Below, one piece after another: positions 1-9,595 of a DNA stretch of 64,000 nucleotides. The notes under the pieces are model-generated. The model ran no database searches. It had not been told where the DNA came from and saw nothing but the letters and a program-made list of their open reading frames with translations. Positions within the stretch are counted from its first letter, which is position 1, and each line of letters starts with the position of its first letter. Made by a program: the position numbers and the translations under genes. Source of the DNA: Candidatus Enterousia sp. (GTDB lineage Bacteria > Pseudomonadota > Alphaproteobacteria > Rs-D84). The stretch is taken from NCBI GenBank assembly GCA_045536625.1, contig JAZSNY010000025.1, positions 1,147 through 65,146 of the forward strand. Direction: 5' to 3'.

Positions 1-763
1 TAATAAAATCAATTGGCATTTTACTGGTCCCTTCTAATGCAACATTTGCAATCAGCGCATCCCCCCCCGTTGACAAGGCAATACGCATCGGATAAATTTT
101 TCTTTCGCTATTATATTCAGAAAAGGACACAATAAAAGGCAACACATCATCATCGCCCCCCGCCTTGATCCAACCCGAATATTCACGCCCCGGCGCATGC
201 GACATCAATCGAACATTAAACCCCGCCAATTTATAAACATCACCCAAAAAGTTTACACGCAATTTTTTGATTTCTACACCACCCAACCCCGCATCTTTAA
301 AAGGATACTTTTCCAGATCGACTGTTGCAACATTTGTTACATTCTTATTTGTGACCACCAGACGTTCCAACGAATATCGCCCCTCGCTATTTTTTTCAAT
401 ATTTACATTCGCTGCATATACACGCACATTTTGAATTGTTGGCCTATCACGAAACAAAGAAACCAAATTCAAACGCACATCTATTTTCTCGGCACTGAAC
501 GCATATTTTTCTTTGGCCCACGATGCATTTGGGATACGTACCTGATTTAATTCAACACGTGGTCGCAAAGAAAACTTCCACGACACGGCCCCCTCTATTT
601 CAACGGGCATTCCCGTTGCATCACGCAATACCGTCACAACATTTCCACGTAAAGTTTCCAAATTCACCCGACTTAACGCCACGGCAATTGCCACCACCAG
701 TCCTATAAAAAACAACCCGATGATTCTTAGTGCTGATAAAAATGCATTTTTTTTGACTTTCAT
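1..763 (-). CDS. AsmA-family membrane protein, N-terminal part; the gene continues beyond the window start
   Basis: My own translation of the reverse strand from an ATG at 763..761 gives MKVKKNAFLSALRIIGLFFIGLVVAIAVALS..., an N-terminal transmembrane helix followed by an AsmA-like domain. The ORF track lists no minus-strand ORF here, which fits a frame that stays open to the window edge. The start overlaps the rluD stop in a TAATG arrangement. Confidence 0.55.
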   Translation of the reverse strand, partial: MKVKKNAFLSALRIIGLFFIGLVVAIAVALSRVNLETLRGNVVTVLRDATGMPVEIEGAVSWKFSLRPRVELNQVRIPNASWAKEKYAFSAEKIDVRLNLVSLFRDRPTIQNVRVYAANVNIEKNSEGRYSLERLVVTNKNVTNVATVDLEKYPFKDAGLGGVEIKKLRVNFLGDVYKLAGFNVRLMSHAPGREYSGWIKAGGDDDVLPFIVSFSEYNSERKIYPMRIALSTGGDALIANVALEGTSKMPIDFI

Positions 764-1734
764 TATGGCAATTTAAACTCTAAAAATTTCATAACCGGTA
801 ACATAAAATCCGGAACAGATGCACGCAATGTCATCATCCGCCCAGTTGTCGGATGTTGAAAAGTCAACTTATACGCAAACAAAAATAAATTATTTGTCTC
901 GAACAATGTCCCCAAAACACCATCCAACTTCTTTTGCCCACCATACAACACATCACCCACAATTGGCGCCTTTAACGATAATGCACTATGTAATCGCAAC
1001 TGATGTGTACGCCCGGTCTTTGGTGAAAACTGCACCCACGACACACACCCCATTGCCGAAGACAACACGCTATACTCTGTAATCGCCCGTTGCGGACGTG
1101 GTCCCGCCCCATTATTTAGACGCATCGGCCCATCAAACACCTGTCCTTTTAGCATAAAGTTATCTATTACACCACGCTTGGGGCTAACATCACCACACAA
1201 CAACGCCAAATATTCTTTGTGTGCAGTTTTATTTTGAAATTGCCCCGCCAGGTTCTGGGCCGCCCGCTGATTTTTTGCCACGACCAAAACGCCACTGGTT
1301 TCACGGTCTAAACGGTGCACCAAGGAAATTTTATCATACGGAAACAAGGCCACCGCCATCTTATCCACAGATTTTCGAATCCCCGTCCCCCCCTGCACAG
1401 CCAAGCCAGCCGGCTTATTAAACACAACCACGTCTGCATCATTGTGAATAATACACTTGCGCAAAGCCTCTAAATCTGCCAAAGAAAAACATTCACCACT
1501 TTCAGTTTTTTTTGTCTGCACTTGCTCATAACTGACCACGGTGGGGGGAATACGTATTGCATCCCCTTCGCACAATATTTCCGTACCACGTACACGCTTT
1601 GAATTTACACGAATCTGACCACCACGACATAGCTTATAAAATTCACGTTGTGGCATTGACGGAAAATGTCGCAGGAACCAACGCAACAAACGCGTTCCGT
1701 CTTCTACCTTTGAAACCTTGATAAAATCCGCCAT
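763..1734 (-). CDS. rluD: RluA-family 23S rRNA pseudouridine synthase (RluD/RluC-like) with an N-terminal S4 domain
   Basis: HRLDRETSGVLVVAKN catalytic motif; ATG start at 1734..1732. Confidence 0.8.
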   Translation of the reverse strand: MADFIKVSKVEDGTRLLRWFLRHFPSMPQREFYKLCRGGQIRVNSKRVRGTEILCEGDAIRIPPTVVSYEQVQTKKTESGECFSLADLEALRKCIIHNDADVVVFNKPAGLAVQGGTGIRKSVDKMAVALFPYDKISLVHRLDRETSGVLVVAKNQRAAQNLAGQFQNKTAHKEYLALLCGDVSPKRGVIDNFMLKGQVFDGPMRLNNGAGPRPQRAITEYSVLSSAMGCVSWVQFSPKTGRTHQLRLHSALSLKAPIVGDVLYGGQKKLDGVLGTLFETNNLFLFAYKLTFQHPTTGRMMTLRASVPDFMLPVMKFLEFKLP

Positions 1735-1764
1735 TTTTTTATAACCCCAATCGGCACAAAAAAA

Positions 1765-2229
1765 TTATTCACCATAAACTATCTGAACCGAATTCGTGCC
1801 ATTCGCCCCACGACAATCCCCGGTTGCACCACCCTGTTTACCGTTTGACAACTGATACCCAACCGAATCAGACCAAGCCTTGGCAACCAAAGATTCACAT
1901 TCAGACTGTCCTAAGCCATTAATAGTCACAATAAATTGGCGCGGATTTGACGGATCAACCGACAATTCATACGTTCCCCCATATGGATTTTGATTGCTCA
2001 TCCCGATGGCACCAAAAATTGTCGTTCCGTTCATATTAGAAAAATCATCATATTCGCCATGGATATTACGCACCATGGTCACCATTTGTACAACCTGATC
2101 ATTAACAGCAGTCAATTTTTGGGTACGCATAGCGGTTGAAATCATACCAATTGCACCAACGGTAATTACCCCCATAATCGCCAACACCCCCAACATCTCT
2201 ATCATCGAACGGCCTGATTCCTGAATCAT
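1765..2229 (-). CDS. Prepilin-type N-terminal cleavage/methylation domain protein (type IV pilin or pseudopilin-like)
   Basis: N-terminus MIQESG|RSMIEMLGVLAIMGVITVG has Gly at -1 and Glu at +5, followed by a hydrophobic helix. Confidence 0.5.
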   Translation of the reverse strand: MIQESGRSMIEMLGVLAIMGVITVGAIGMISTAMRTQKLTAVNDQVVQMVTMVRNIHGEYDDFSNMNGTTIFGAIGMSNQNPYGGTYELSVDPSNPRQFIVTINGLGQSECESLVAKAWSDSVGYQLSNGKQGGATGDCRGANGTNSVQIVYGE

Positions 2230-2280
2230 TGAAAAACCTCTTATTTGCTATTTAATAATTAATATTCTATCATAAAGATT

Positions 2281-3708
2281 ATGAATATTCAATTTTCTGA
2301 TTTAATTGAAAATGCTCCGCACGCCCCGGGCGTGTATCGAATGTATGACAGTGAAAACAACCTGTTATACGTGGGCAAAGCAAAAAACTTGTCAAACCGC
2401 CTGAAACAATACCTGGATATATCCAAATTGGAACTACATAAACAGGTTATGCGCACACTAGTATCGCGGGTTGAATGGGAAACCGTTCCAACCGAATCGG
2501 ATGCCCTGCTGCGGGAACAGGAATTAATAAAATCCGAAAAACCAAAATACAACATAATGCTAACAGATGGAAAAATGTATCCAATGTTGGCACTAACAAC
2601 CGGTGATTTTCCACGCCTGTTAAAGTTTCGCGGAAAAATTAATCAACGTCGTGACGTATACGGCCCATATCCTTCTGTATCCAGTTTGAACGAAACAATA
2701 AAAACAATACAAAAGGTCTGTCAAATTCGCACATGCACCGACACACAAATGCGCAATCGCACACGCCCATGTTTGTTACATCAAATCGGACGATGCAGTG
2801 CACCGTGTTGCACCCCAGACAAACAAAAATACGCAGATTCCGTGCGTATAGCGCGAAAAATATTAACAGGGGACAGCGCACCAATCATATCCGACCTGAC
2901 ACAACAAATGAAGACATTTGCACAAAATATGGACTATGAATCCGCCGCGGTTATACGCGACAAAATTTCCGCATTAACACACACATCAAATCGCGGAAAC
3001 GCCCAAAAACATGCGTATACACCAAATTTAAACTGGGACAAAAATGTATCAGAGTTAGAAAAGTGGTTGGGCATAAAAATAAACACAGCAGGCGTATTTG
3101 ACAATTCACATTTATTCGGCAAACAGCCCGTTGGCGCCATGATAACCTTTGGACACAACGGATTTGACAAATCTGGTTATCGCCATTTTAAATTACATGA
3201 CAAATCACGCGCCGGCAACGACATTGCAATGATGTCGGAATTTGTACAAAGGGCCACCGAACGGGGACCAAAATTAGATTTAATAATTGTTGATGGTGGC
3301 ATTGCACAATGGCGCATTGCAAAGCGCGCTGCGGGCAACATCCCCGTTTTTGGCGTAACCAAGGGCATCGTTCGCGATGGCGACGAACACTTTATATTGC
3401 CGGATGGCACCGAATACCATGACCTGCCCCGGGATTCAGAACTGTTTTTAATGTTACGAACCGTCCGCGACGAAGCGCACCGTTTTGTCATCACATACCA
3501 CCGTACATTACGCGCGAAACAAATGACCGCATCTGTTCTGGATGAAATTGATGGCATTGGTCCAACACGCAAGCGCGCCCTTTTACAGCATTTTGGCACA
3601 CCGCGCGCAATAATTGATGCAGATTTAAATGCATTAAAACATGTTCCCGGCCTTGGGGATAATATCGCAGAAAAAATATATGCCCATTTTCACTCAGAAG
3701 TGATATAA
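2281..3708 (+). CDS. uvrC: Excinuclease ABC subunit C; compact 475-aa form
   Basis: GIY-YIG N-terminus (GVYRMYD...LYVGKAKNL), Cys cluster RPCLLHQIGRCSAPCC, UvrB-interaction motif (YESAAVIRDKISAL), endonuclease domain, C-terminal helix-hairpin-helix (HhH) pair. The typical uvrC-pgsA adjacency is present. Confidence 0.85.
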   Translation: MNIQFSDLIENAPHAPGVYRMYDSENNLLYVGKAKNLSNRLKQYLDISKLELHKQVMRTLVSRVEWETVPTESDALLREQELIKSEKPKYNIMLTDGKMYPMLALTTGDFPRLLKFRGKINQRRDVYGPYPSVSSLNETIKTIQKVCQIRTCTDTQMRNRTRPCLLHQIGRCSAPCCTPDKQKYADSVRIARKILTGDSAPIISDLTQQMKTFAQNMDYESAAVIRDKISALTHTSNRGNAQKHAYTPNLNWDKNVSELEKWLGIKINTAGVFDNSHLFGKQPVGAMITFGHNGFDKSGYRHFKLHDKSRAGNDIAMMSEFVQRATERGPKLDLIIVDGGIAQWRIAKRAAGNIPVFGVTKGIVRDGDEHFILPDGTEYHDLPRDSELFLMLRTVRDEAHRFVITYHRTLRAKQMTASVLDEIDGIGPTRKRALLQHFGTPRAIIDADLNALKHVPGLGDNIAEKIYAHFHSEVI

Positions 3709-3751
3709 TAAACTTAATTCATATATTAATCATAACCTAAGGAGAAAACAT

Positions 3752-4351
3752 ATGAAATTCTTTGTAAACTTTTTATCTGCCTTTCGGATTGCGGCATCTT
3801 TTGCCATTATCCCAACCCTGATGTTCCAAATGTATTGGACAACATTTATTCTGTATGCATTGGCGGCTATGTCGGATTGGTTTGACGGATACCTGGCACG
3901 CAAATACAATGTATGCACAAAAATCGGCGGCGTTATGGATCACATTGGCGACAAATTATTGGTCGTTAACACGTTAATCATGTTGACTGTTATGATGCCG
4001 GTATGGTTTGTTGTTGTACCCGTAATCATCATGATTGCACGCGAATTGTACATATCGGGCCTGCGTGAATTTTTGGGTACCCAGAAAATAGAAATGCCAG
4101 TCCCCAAGGCACGCTTTTCCATGGGCAAGATTAAAACAACACTGCAAATGATTTCAATCGCGGCATTTTTATTAATCTTTGCAATCGGCACATTAATCAA
4201 ACCAAACACCGACAGTCGCACGTTAATGTACATGATTTACATCCTGCCACAAATCGGGATTTATGGATTATGGCTGTCATTAATTGCATCTGTTTGGTCC
4301 GCAACCCAGTACACAAAAACATTCTTGGGACACATGAAGAAAATAAAATAA
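3752..4351 (+). CDS. pgsA: CDP-diacylglycerol--glycerol-3-phosphate 3-phosphatidyltransferase
   Basis: CDP-alcohol phosphatidyltransferase motif DWFDGYLARK...GGVMDHIGDK. Ribosome-binding site aaggagaaaaca precedes the ATG. Sits directly downstream of uvrC. Confidence 0.8.
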   Translation: MKFFVNFLSAFRIAASFAIIPTLMFQMYWTTFILYALAAMSDWFDGYLARKYNVCTKIGGVMDHIGDKLLVVNTLIMLTVMMPVWFVVVPVIIMIARELYISGLREFLGTQKIEMPVPKARFSMGKIKTTLQMISIAAFLLIFAIGTLIKPNTDSRTLMYMIYILPQIGIYGLWLSLIASVWSATQYTKTFLGHMKKIK

Positions 4352-4369
4352 AAAATACGCTATACGCAT

Positions 4370-4397
4370 AAAAACCGGCATTTCTGCCGGTTTTTAT
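4370..4397. terminator. Bidirectional intrinsic terminator between the convergent pgsA and dnaJ genes
   Basis: Hairpin ccggcatttctgccgg flanked by an A-run on one side and a T-run on the other. Confidence 0.6.
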
Positions 4398-4404
4398 TTT
4401 TTTA

Positions 4405-5535
4405 TCAGAACCAACTTTTCTTATCTGTTTTTATATCTGCAAATTCTGCCAAAACCTTCTTTTGCTTATCCGATAATTTTGTTGGAATTTTAATTGCAAC
4501 ATCTATATACAAATCCCCAAAGGCACCACTGCGTCGCACCGATGGCATACCATGCCCACGAACACGCAACTTTTCACCCACCTGGGTACCCGCCGGCACT
4601 TTGATATCCAACTTTTTATCATCAATCGTTTCTATTTCAATTTCACCGCCCAATGCCAACGTCGTAAACGGCACATCCACGCGCATAATCAAATCATTGC
4701 CATGTCGTTCAAAACGTTTATCCGGACGAATTCTGACATCTAAATAGAAATCCCCCGCCGGCGCACCATTTATTCCGGCCTCGCCCTGGCCACTTAAACG
4801 CAGACGCGCGCCATCTTCAATACCCGCGGGAATTTTTACATCCAACGTTCTTTGTTTATGCTGCACCCCCGTACCATCACATTCGGAACACTTTTTTGAA
4901 ATTTTGCGCCCCAGTCCATTACATTCCGGACAAGGCGCCTCCATTGCAAAGAATCCCTGACGCGTTTGCACAAATCCACTGCCCCCACATCGCGAACATA
5001 CCGGCGCCGGCTTACCATCGGCCGTGCCGTGTCCATGACATTTTTCACACTCTACATTGGTCGAAAATTTTACAGTATGCGTTTTACCAAAATATGCATC
5101 TTTTAAATCAATTACCACCTCGTCCAACAGATCTCGTCCACCGCGTTGTGCCGCACCACGTCCCGCGCCCGCACCACCAAAATCTCCAAAACCAAATCCA
5201 CGCATCGCTTCACGCAGAATATCCTCCATGCCTCCACCACCCATATTAAAGTGGAACGCACCATCACCAAATGGATTTCCGCCACCAAAACCGGCCCCTG
5301 CCCCATTACCATTTGCAAAGGCAGCATCACCAAATCTGTCGTACGCGGCACGTTTCTGCGGGTCTTTTAGAATATCAAAGGCATTATTAACTTCTTTGAA
5401 TTTTTCTTCGGCATCTTTATTATCCGGATTTCTGTCCGGATGATATTTCATCACCAACTTGTGATAAGCCTTTTTAATATCGGCATCCGACGCATCACGC
5501 GCGATACCCAAAACTTCATAGGGGTTCTTATTCAT
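4405..5535 (-). CDS. dnaJ: Molecular chaperone DnaJ
   Basis: J-domain YEVLGI...YHPDRNPD, Gly/Phe-rich linker, four CxxCxGxG zinc-finger repeats. Start assigned to the internal ATG giving MNKNPYEV at 5535. Confidence 0.9.
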   Translation of the reverse strand: MNKNPYEVLGIARDASDADIKKAYHKLVMKYHPDRNPDNKDAEEKFKEVNNAFDILKDPQKRAAYDRFGDAAFANGNGAGAGFGGGNPFGDGAFHFNMGGGGMEDILREAMRGFGFGDFGGAGAGRGAAQRGGRDLLDEVVIDLKDAYFGKTHTVKFSTNVECEKCHGHGTADGKPAPVCSRCGGSGFVQTRQGFFAMEAPCPECNGLGRKISKKCSECDGTGVQHKQRTLDVKIPAGIEDGARLRLSGQGEAGINGAPAGDFYLDVRIRPDKRFERHGNDLIMRVDVPFTTLALGGEIEIETIDDKKLDIKVPAGTQVGEKLRVRGHGMPSVRRSGAFGDLYIDVAIKIPTKLSDKQKKVLAEFADIKTDKKSWF

Positions 5536-5667
5536 CTTTCTAATCCATATGGTTATCGATAACAAATATATAGTTGCCCACGCACAAAATTCAACCCCAA
5601 ATTATAATTTAGGTAGAAATTCTTTGGGCTTGCACAAAAATCAAAAATGTTTTAATAATATATTGCT

Positions 5668-7647
5668 ATGACAGATAAAAACACAAACACATATGATGCA
5701 TCAGATATCCAGGTCCTAGAAGGCCTTGAACCCGTTCGCCTGCGCCCCGGCATGTACATTGGGGGCACCGATGAAAAGGCATGGCATCACCTGCCGATTG
5801 AAATTATGGACAATTCGATTGACGAAGCCGTCGCCGGCTTTGCCAAAAAAATCACGGTACATTTAATTGATTCAAAAACAATTGAAATCACCGACGACGG
5901 TCGTGGCATCCCCGTGGATGAACATCCCAAATACCCGGGCAAATCCGCACTAGAGGTTATATTAACAACCCTACATTCCGGCGGGAAATTTAACAACAAT
6001 GTTTATAAAACCAGTGGTGGTCTGCACGGCGTTGGTTCCGCGGTTGTAAATGCCCTGTCATCTGAAATGATTGTAGATATTGCACGTGACGGATACAACT
6101 GGCACCAAACATTTTCACGTGGCATCACCACGTCACCAATGACCCGTGGAGAAGCGACCAAATCACATGGCACAAAAATACGTTTTACCATCGACGACGA
6201 AATATTCGGCGCAAACGCAACGTTCAAACCGATAAAAATCTATCGCATGGCCCGCGCCAAGGCATTTTTATCACGTGGTGTCAAAATCGATTGGCATTGT
6301 AACCCGGAATTATTAACCGAAGACATGAACATCCCCGCCACAACAACATTTTATTACCCAAATGGTGTTGCAGATTTCTTGGCGGAAAAAACGGATTCCA
6401 AACCACGTATTTTGCCCCGCATTTTCAGTGGCAGTGTGGACTTCCCCGATGACAGCGGTCGCGTGGAATGGGCATTAACATTTTTGACTGATGAAAACGG
6501 CGCCGCATCGGATGATGGATTTTTTTCATCCTATTGTAATACAATCGCAACCATTGATGGTGGCACACACGAAACCGGGTTCAAGGCTGCAATTACCCGT
6601 GGCTTAAAGACATATGGCGAAAAAGTAAACAATAAATCCGCCACATCAATTATTGGCGAAGACATATTTGATTCCGTTGCGGCGATTGTATCGGTATTTT
6701 ATAAAACCCCACAATTTTTGGGCCAGACCAAGGAAAAACTTTCCAATCCCGAGGTTGCACGTTACACCGAAAACGCACTGCGCGATCCATGGGAAATGTT
6801 TTTGGCATCCGACCCCAAAACCGCAAACGCACTGTTGGAATTTGTAATCAACCTGGCCAACGCGCGTATAAAAACCAAGGCGGTCAAAGACGTTGCTCGC
6901 AAAACCCCAACCAAACGAATTCGCATGCCGGCAAAATTGGCCGACTGTTCCAAACATGGTATTGCCGGCACGGAATTATTCATCGTCGAAGGCGAATCGG
7001 CCGGTGGAACCGCGAAACAGGCACGTGATCGCGCAACCCAGGCAATCATGCCCCTGCGCGGCAAGGTTTTAAACGTATTTTCAAATTCTGACGAACGCTT
7101 TGGCAACAACCGTGAATTAAATGATTTGATTGATATCATAGGTGCCGGAACCGCCAAAGACTGGAACGAAGACAAACTGCGCTATGAAAAAATCATCGTT
7201 ATGACCGATGCCGACGTCGACGGCAGCCATATTGCATCCCTGTTGATGGCGTTCTTTTATCAATTCATGCCCCAATTAATCTATGGTGGACACCTGTACC
7301 TGTCGTGTCCCCCGTTGTATAAATTAACATGCGGCACCGAATCGATTTACGTTGACACCGACGAAGAATTGGAAAATTTAAAAACAACCAAGTATAAAAA
7401 CAAACGCGTTGAAATATCCCGATTCAAGGGATTGGGCGAAATGATGCCAAACCAATTAAAAGAAACGACCATGTCACCCAAGACAAGGCGCCTGATACGT
7501 GTTGACCTGCCGCCACGCACCGAAGAAGGCGCCGAAGACACAGAAAAGACACGTACAATTGTTTCAGAACTGATGGGCAAGAAACCAGAATTTCGTTTCA
7601 AATTCATTACCGAACACGCCCAATTCGTCAAAGACCTGTTCGTTTAA
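5668..7647 (+). CDS. parE: Type IIA topoisomerase ATPase subunit B; the 659-aa length and GLEPVRLRPGMY motif favour topoisomerase IV ParE over GyrB
   Basis: GHKL ATPase and TOPRIM motifs: LEGLEPVRLRPGMYIGGT, IMDNSIDEA, EGESAGG, VMTDADVDGSHI. Confidence 0.7.
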   Translation: MTDKNTNTYDASDIQVLEGLEPVRLRPGMYIGGTDEKAWHHLPIEIMDNSIDEAVAGFAKKITVHLIDSKTIEITDDGRGIPVDEHPKYPGKSALEVILTTLHSGGKFNNNVYKTSGGLHGVGSAVVNALSSEMIVDIARDGYNWHQTFSRGITTSPMTRGEATKSHGTKIRFTIDDEIFGANATFKPIKIYRMARAKAFLSRGVKIDWHCNPELLTEDMNIPATTTFYYPNGVADFLAEKTDSKPRILPRIFSGSVDFPDDSGRVEWALTFLTDENGAASDDGFFSSYCNTIATIDGGTHETGFKAAITRGLKTYGEKVNNKSATSIIGEDIFDSVAAIVSVFYKTPQFLGQTKEKLSNPEVARYTENALRDPWEMFLASDPKTANALLEFVINLANARIKTKAVKDVARKTPTKRIRMPAKLADCSKHGIAGTELFIVEGESAGGTAKQARDRATQAIMPLRGKVLNVFSNSDERFGNNRELNDLIDIIGAGTAKDWNEDKLRYEKIIVMTDADVDGSHIASLLMAFFYQFMPQLIYGGHLYLSCPPLYKLTCGTESIYVDTDEELENLKTTKYKNKRVEISRFKGLGEMMPNQLKETTMSPKTRRLIRVDLPPRTEEGAEDTEKTRTIVSELMGKKPEFRFKFITEHAQFVKDLFV

Positions 7648-7751
7648 AAAATATAACCAAAAAACAGTGATATTTTTTATAGCGACCATTGACAATTATT
7701 TTTTGCGTACTATATTTAGTATGAATAATAATTATAACAAAGGAAAGAAAA

Positions 7752-8249
7752 ATGGGATTTTTTGATAAATTTAAATCCAAACCAACCGAAACCACATCGA
7801 CAAAACCTGTAATTGCCGAAAATCATGTATCACAGAAAAAAAAGAATACATATCAAATTCGCTATTCTCATTTCTGTGATTTAACACTATTTGAAATGTG
7901 CAAAACAACTCCATTAGGGGTAATAACCCTGAATGGATATCCAATTAATGCACAAAATGGTTGGGCCGTATGCACACAATTCCCAAACCCATGCGCTTGC
8001 GACATGGCAAAAAAGAAAGATATTTTACGCGAAATCATGGGGCCAAAAATTTCCACACAAATCATTGAATATCTGGATAAAAAGACGGGTGAACCCGTAT
8101 GCCAAATATACCCAGAAATGCTATACGTTTTCGATGAATACGAAAATAATTATATGGAGCACTTGAACCACGCATCACGTCGCGATTTAAGTAAACAAAT
8201 CGCACTACGTGAAAAGTTAATTTCTGATTTTCTGGCACGTCAAAAATAA
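7752..8249 (+). CDS. Hypothetical protein
   Basis: 165-aa ORF with a ribosome-binding site aggaaagaaaa before its ATG. I recognise no motif. Confidence 0.4.
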   Translation: MGFFDKFKSKPTETTSTKPVIAENHVSQKKKNTYQIRYSHFCDLTLFEMCKTTPLGVITLNGYPINAQNGWAVCTQFPNPCACDMAKKKDILREIMGPKISTQIIEYLDKKTGEPVCQIYPEMLYVFDEYENNYMEHLNHASRRDLSKQIALREKLISDFLARQK

Positions 8250-8277
8250 ACAAACGCCCGACTGGGCGTTTTTTTTA
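8250..8277. terminator. Bidirectional intrinsic terminator
   Basis: Hairpin acgcccgactgggcgt followed by a T8 run, with an A-run on the other side. Confidence 0.55.
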
Positions 8278-9207
8278 TTCAATAGAATCAAAATTTTTTT
8301 TGATTATTTTGGCGCTGCGACGCAAAGCGCCACCTTCGGCCGAATCCATTTTTGGATTCAATGTCGCAACCACACCATTATTTCCAACAACACGCGGCAA
8401 AGACATTGCAACCGTCCGCGTGCCACTTCCATCAACTGTACTGACCGTTAAAATACGACGTTCATCATTTATGATGCAACGCAACAAATCGGCCACCGCC
8501 CCCGCGATACCATCCCATGTTGCACCACGTCCACGTATAATTTCATATGCCGCATTATGCACACGATGTTCAATCGTCTTGCGCGTCGTTTGCGGTAAAC
8601 TGACCTTAACCTGGCGACAAAAATCATTTAATGCAATCGATCCAATACATGCCGCGGACCAATTTATCATACTGCTGTCCCCATGTTCACCCAATACATA
8701 GGCATTAATTGATTGCGGCGACACAGACAACTGGCGCGACAAAATTGTACGCAAACGTGCCGAATCCAACATAGTCCCCGTACCAATCACACGCGCCGGT
8801 GGTAATTTGGACAATTTCTGGGCCAACATCACCATTACATCCAACGGATTGGTAACAATAATTAATTTTACGGTCTTGGCATCAACATTTGCCATAACAC
8901 GCGGAACGATATCAGAAATAACGGCCGCATTTGCATTTAATAAATCTGTCCGCGTCTGTCCGGGTTTTTGATTTGCACCGGCGGCAATAATAACAATTTC
9001 GCACCCACGAACAGAACGATAATTATTAACCGCGGTAATTTTTACATCATACGAAAAAGCAGCGGCATGCCCCAAATCTTCTGCGGCGGCACGCGCACGC
9101 ACCCCATCACGATCGAACAAAACAATTTCATGTGCCAATCCGGTATTTTTTACAGCCGTCGCAACCGCCGACCCAACCGATCCCAAACCGATAATTGCAA
9201 TTTTCAA
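8275..9207 (-). CDS. ldh: NAD-dependent L-lactate/malate dehydrogenase family protein (LDH-like)
   Basis: Rossmann N-terminus KIAIIGLGSVGSAVA; LGEHGDS substrate motif; IVTNPLDVM. Appears to start on TTG, with ggagagagaaa as the ribosome-binding site. Confidence 0.75.
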   Translation of the reverse strand: MKIAIIGLGSVGSAVATAVKNTGLAHEIVLFDRDGVRARAAAEDLGHAAAFSYDVKITAVNNYRSVRGCEIVIIAAGANQKPGQTRTDLLNANAAVISDIVPRVMANVDAKTVKLIIVTNPLDVMVMLAQKLSKLPPARVIGTGTMLDSARLRTILSRQLSVSPQSINAYVLGEHGDSSMINWSAACIGSIALNDFCRQVKVSLPQTTRKTIEHRVHNAAYEIIRGRGATWDGIAGAVADLLRCIINDERRILTVSTVDGSGTRTVAMSLPRVVGNNGVVATLNPKMDSAEGGALRRSAKIIKKNFDSIE

Positions 9208-9249
9208 TTTCTCTCTCCATGCTGTATCATCAAAATAAATTATATCATA

Positions 9250-9278
9250 AAAAACGCCCCAATGGGGCGGATTTTTTT
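9250..9278 (-). terminator. Intrinsic terminator downstream of ybaB
   Basis: Hairpin cgccccaatggggcg with flanking A and T runs. Confidence 0.5.
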
Positions 9279-9576
9279 ACTGTGGCATCGGGACACCTGC
9301 GGTGGCTTCACCCATGACCCTATCAATCAATTCATCTGCTTTTTGTTTTGCATCACGATACGCAGACATAATAACCGATACAACCGTATCCACACCATGC
9401 GCCAAAACAGTTGGGTGAATCTTTATGTTTGTTAATTCGTACTTGCCCGTCATATCAACAACACACGAACCATTTTCCGAAACACCCTTAACCGTCGTTT
9501 TGGCCAACTGTTCCTGGGCCGCGGCAACCTTGTTCTGTAATTCTGCGGCCTGGGCCATTAATGCTTCCATATCCAT
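9277..9576 (-). CDS. ybaB: Nucleoid-associated protein YbaB/EbfC
   Basis: Whole-length resemblance to YbaB: MDMEALMAQAAELQNKVAAAQEQL...GKYEL. Start placed at the ATG at 9576; the longer N-terminal extension in the ORF track looks spurious. Confidence 0.8.
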   Translation of the reverse strand: MDMEALMAQAAELQNKVAAAQEQLAKTTVKGVSENGSCVVDMTGKYELTNIKIHPTVLAHGVDTVVSVIMSAYRDAKQKADELIDRVMGEATAGVPMPQ

Positions 9577-9595
9577 TTTAAATCTCCCCCCTGCT

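Noticed and set aside
197-708. Plus-strand ORFs 197..550 and 523..708
   Set aside because: They lie antisense to an open AsmA-like reading frame on the minus strand that starts at 763 with a clear transmembrane N-terminus. They are low-complexity and have no ribosome-binding site.
5668-7647. Calling the topoisomerase subunit gyrB
   Set aside because: The 659-aa length lacks the roughly 170-aa insertion of proteobacterial GyrB. The GLEPVRxRPGMY N-terminal motif is more ParE-like. The protein is called parE with moderate confidence; a separate gyrB is expected elsewhere.
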